Of a DNA stretch of 59,732 bases, positions 57,934 through 59,732 are shown piece by piece; positions within the stretch are counted from its first letter, which is position 1; the number at the start of each line of letters is the position of its first letter. The position numbers were made by a program, and so were the translations under genes. The stretch is from a virus: the IMG/VR virus record IMGVR_UViG_3300040801_002535; one strand, given 5' to 3'. The notes beneath the pieces were generated by a model, which saw only the letters and a list, made by a program, of their open reading frames with translations, was not told where the DNA came from and searched no databases.

Positions 57934-59732
57934 GCCTCGCATTGAGTTCTAGCTTTTTAACCGAAGCGAAGAAACCCGGCAAGAAGCCACAGCTGTTGAT
58001 GCAGATAGAAACTCCGGATGCTCTTAGCGCCATTCTGGATACGAAAGCGCAATGGGACAACAGCTCCACCTTGCTGCGGGTAGACACTTCTATTGAAGAC
58101 GGAAGCGTAACGCTCGCCGATAAAAAGCCTGTTCTAAATGGGTTTGGCGCAGCCATCGTAAACTTCCCGCTTGGACCGTCCTCACAGATGGGCTACGACG
58201 CCGTCAGCGCTGAGGTTGAACATAATGAATTCGTTTGGGGCGTTCAGGATGTCCTGCAGATACGGATCGGTAAACAAGGTGATAGCAGCAAACCGTGGGT
58301 GTTTGGTCAAGACTACGGGACTGGAGAGGCCACTGGTACTGTTAGGTTGAATGTTCGGGATTCAAAAGGCGGAACGCTGTTACATTATTTCGATTTTGAT
58401 GTGACGCTCCCTATAGTGTATACCACAAGCATGACGGTCTCCAACTATTATTGTGTTTGGGGTGCTTCCATCGCGCTCCCCGTTGACGATTTCCGCGTCG
58501 ATCCACCAATTTTACTTAGCGCAGGAACGCGGTGCTGGCTCGATCTTCAGATTCTTAGCATGAATGCTCCATCATACTATCCCGGAACTTTATATCCGTC
58601 GCTGCTTTATAGTGGCACCAATATGACCTTCACACCAACTTCTGGCCGTATGTTGACCGCCAATCTGGATCTTTTGGAGACGCCGTCTGAGCCTAGCAAG
58701 ATATTGATTGATGATAATTCTCCAGCCGATACCAATCTATCGTACATAGCATTCGCGGACGATTTCACGCCACCGACTACACTTAGGGGTTCCGTAGTCG
58801 ATGGGAGTCTCGTTGGTACTTCTGGATTCCGTTATGTACGAATACAAGCGGATTTCGCAAGCTCATACGGAGCGCGTCCTGTGGTCAGGTCAATTGCGCT
58901 TGCCGGAGGCAATGATGCTTATGTGTTCCTTAGTAATACCCCAAATTCTGGTGGTGTTCGGTGTCTCCCCTTACTGATAGAAAAAAGTGCTGGAGTGCTC
59001 AAGTCCCAGATCAATCGGGATAAGGTTACGACGCTTTCCGAAGTTGCTCCGGGATCTGTGTTCGAGAAAAGCATGAGCAATCTTCTTGCTACCGGATATT
59101 TGAAGAACAAGCCAGTGACTTTGTCCGTTGGCTATGAGGGTCTTGCCCTTAGTGCATTCGCTCCTATATTCACCGGATCATGGTATGATTATCGCGTTAA
59201 TCAGGTTTCAAAAACAACGGATATTCAGCTCCGCGATATTCTGACGCCTTTCATCAAAATCAAACTGCCACGGGAAACGTCAGACGCAAGTGGCAACATC
59301 ACCACTGCTTCTTTGATTTGGACGGATGAGAATGCCATCCAAATTCTATTGGATATATGGGACGCGATGGGTCTGGCTGACCGATTCATAGCAGTAGCCG
59401 AATGGGAGGCGTTGCGCGACGGGGATTATAGCGGAGCAGAGTACAATCTGACGCGAACTCTTTTCGCCGGAAAACCCGTGGAGGCATTCAAGCTCCTTAG
59501 TGAACTTACGGTCTTATTGAGGATCTTCGCGGTCCCATATAGCAATGGAAAATTATACCCAGCACCCTACAACACGGCAGCAACACCAGCAGCGGACATT
59601 GATGCTCGGTTCTGCGATTTCAAGAACATCGACGGCCAGCAACGCGAGCTGTATACACGCCAACTGTTCTACTACAGTCCATACACTACAACGCCAAGCG
59701 ACAAAGAAGGGGACTATTCCAAACTATTAGTA
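57930..59732 (+). CDS. Tail tip / host-specificity (J-like) protein, N-terminal part (continues at 1-834)
   Basis: ATGA overlap with the Dit-like gene. I translated the frame by eye to the window end and found no stop. It is missing from the ORF track because its stop lies beyond the junction. Confidence 0.75.
   Translation, partial: MSLALSSSFLTEAKKPGKKPQLLMQIETPDALSAILDTKAQWDNSSTLLRVDTSIEDGSVTLADKKPVLNGFGAAIVNFPLGPSSQMGYDAVSAEVEHNEFVWGVQDVLQIRIGKQGDSSKPWVFGQDYGTGEATGTVRLNVRDSKGGTLLHYFDFDVTLPIVYTTSMTVSNYYCVWGASIALPVDDFRVDPPILLSAGTRCWLDLQILSMNAPSYYPGTLYPSLLYSGTNMTFTPTSGRMLTANLDLLETPSEPSKILIDDNSPADTNLSYIAFADDFTPPTTLRGSVVDGSLVGTSGFRYVRIQADFASSYGARPVVRSIALAGGNDAYVFLSNTPNSGGVRCLPLLIEKSAGVLKSQINRDKVTTLSEVAPGSVFEKSMSNLLATGYLKNKPVTLSVGYEGLALSAFAPIFTGSWYDYRVNQVSKTTDIQLRDILTPFIKIKLPRETSDASGNITTASLIWTDENAIQILLDIWDAMGLADRFIAVAEWEALRDGDYSGAEYNLTRTLFAGKPVEAFKLLSELTVLLRIFAVPYSNGKLYPAPYNTAATPAADIDARFCDFKNIDGQQRELYTRQLFYYSPYTTTPSDKEGDYSKLLV
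59616..59732. repeat. Terminal direct repeat, right copy (identical to 1-117)
   Basis: Exact 117-bp match to the window start. Confidence 0.95.

Overview
The window is a complete tailed-phage genome assembled as a circle. Bases 1-117 are identical to 59616-59732, so the unique length is 59,615 bp, and one tail gene (ATG 57930) runs across the junction to the stop at 834. I saw no integrase or repressor, so the phage looks virulent. Spanins with a lipobox and sigma70-type promoters point to a Gram-negative host.

Layout:
- A divergent promoter region at about 26.08-26.28 kb splits the genome into two arms.
- The leftward (minus-strand) early/replication arm runs 26042 down to 7195. It holds small early genes, a Sak4-like ATPase, a DUF669 SSB-like protein, an HD hydrolase, a PD-(D/E)XK nuclease, an SF2 helicase, three tandem paralogues, a 7-deazaguanine DNA-modification operon (queE-queC-queD-PRTase::folE-yhhQ ... 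dpdA), a beta-clamp-like protein and a family A DNA polymerase.
- The rightward arm starts at 26313. It holds a prim-pol/helicase, a resolvase, about 30 small genes, terminase, portal, head genes, neck, tail, fibres and the lysis genes, wrapping to 7229.

Most interesting points:
1. A split sulfation/glycan-modification gene set. A minimal HxGH nucleotidyltransferase and a DUF2061::APS kinase (cysC) sit inside the lysis cassette. A sialyltransferase-fold (GT42/DUF115-like) transferase and a PAPS-type sulfotransferase sit inside the virion operon, next to an extra 758-aa fibre-like protein.
2. Atypical features in the deazaguanine operon: a PRTase fused to FolE, a QueC lacking all four Zn cysteines, and dpdA translationally coupled to the clamp and polymerase genes.
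3. A strictly 33-bp-periodic array of six GTTCTAGAAC-type sites, plus an AT-rich palindromic region, both flanking the resolvase gene just downstream of the primase-helicase.
4. A family of about 19 near-identical 17-bp-spaced promoters with conserved flanks.
5. A tRNA-like gene with no usable anticodon loop.
6. A 1107-aa fibre whose N-terminus is a recent duplicate of the major tail tube protein.

All functional calls rest on motifs I recognised by eye. No database searches were run.
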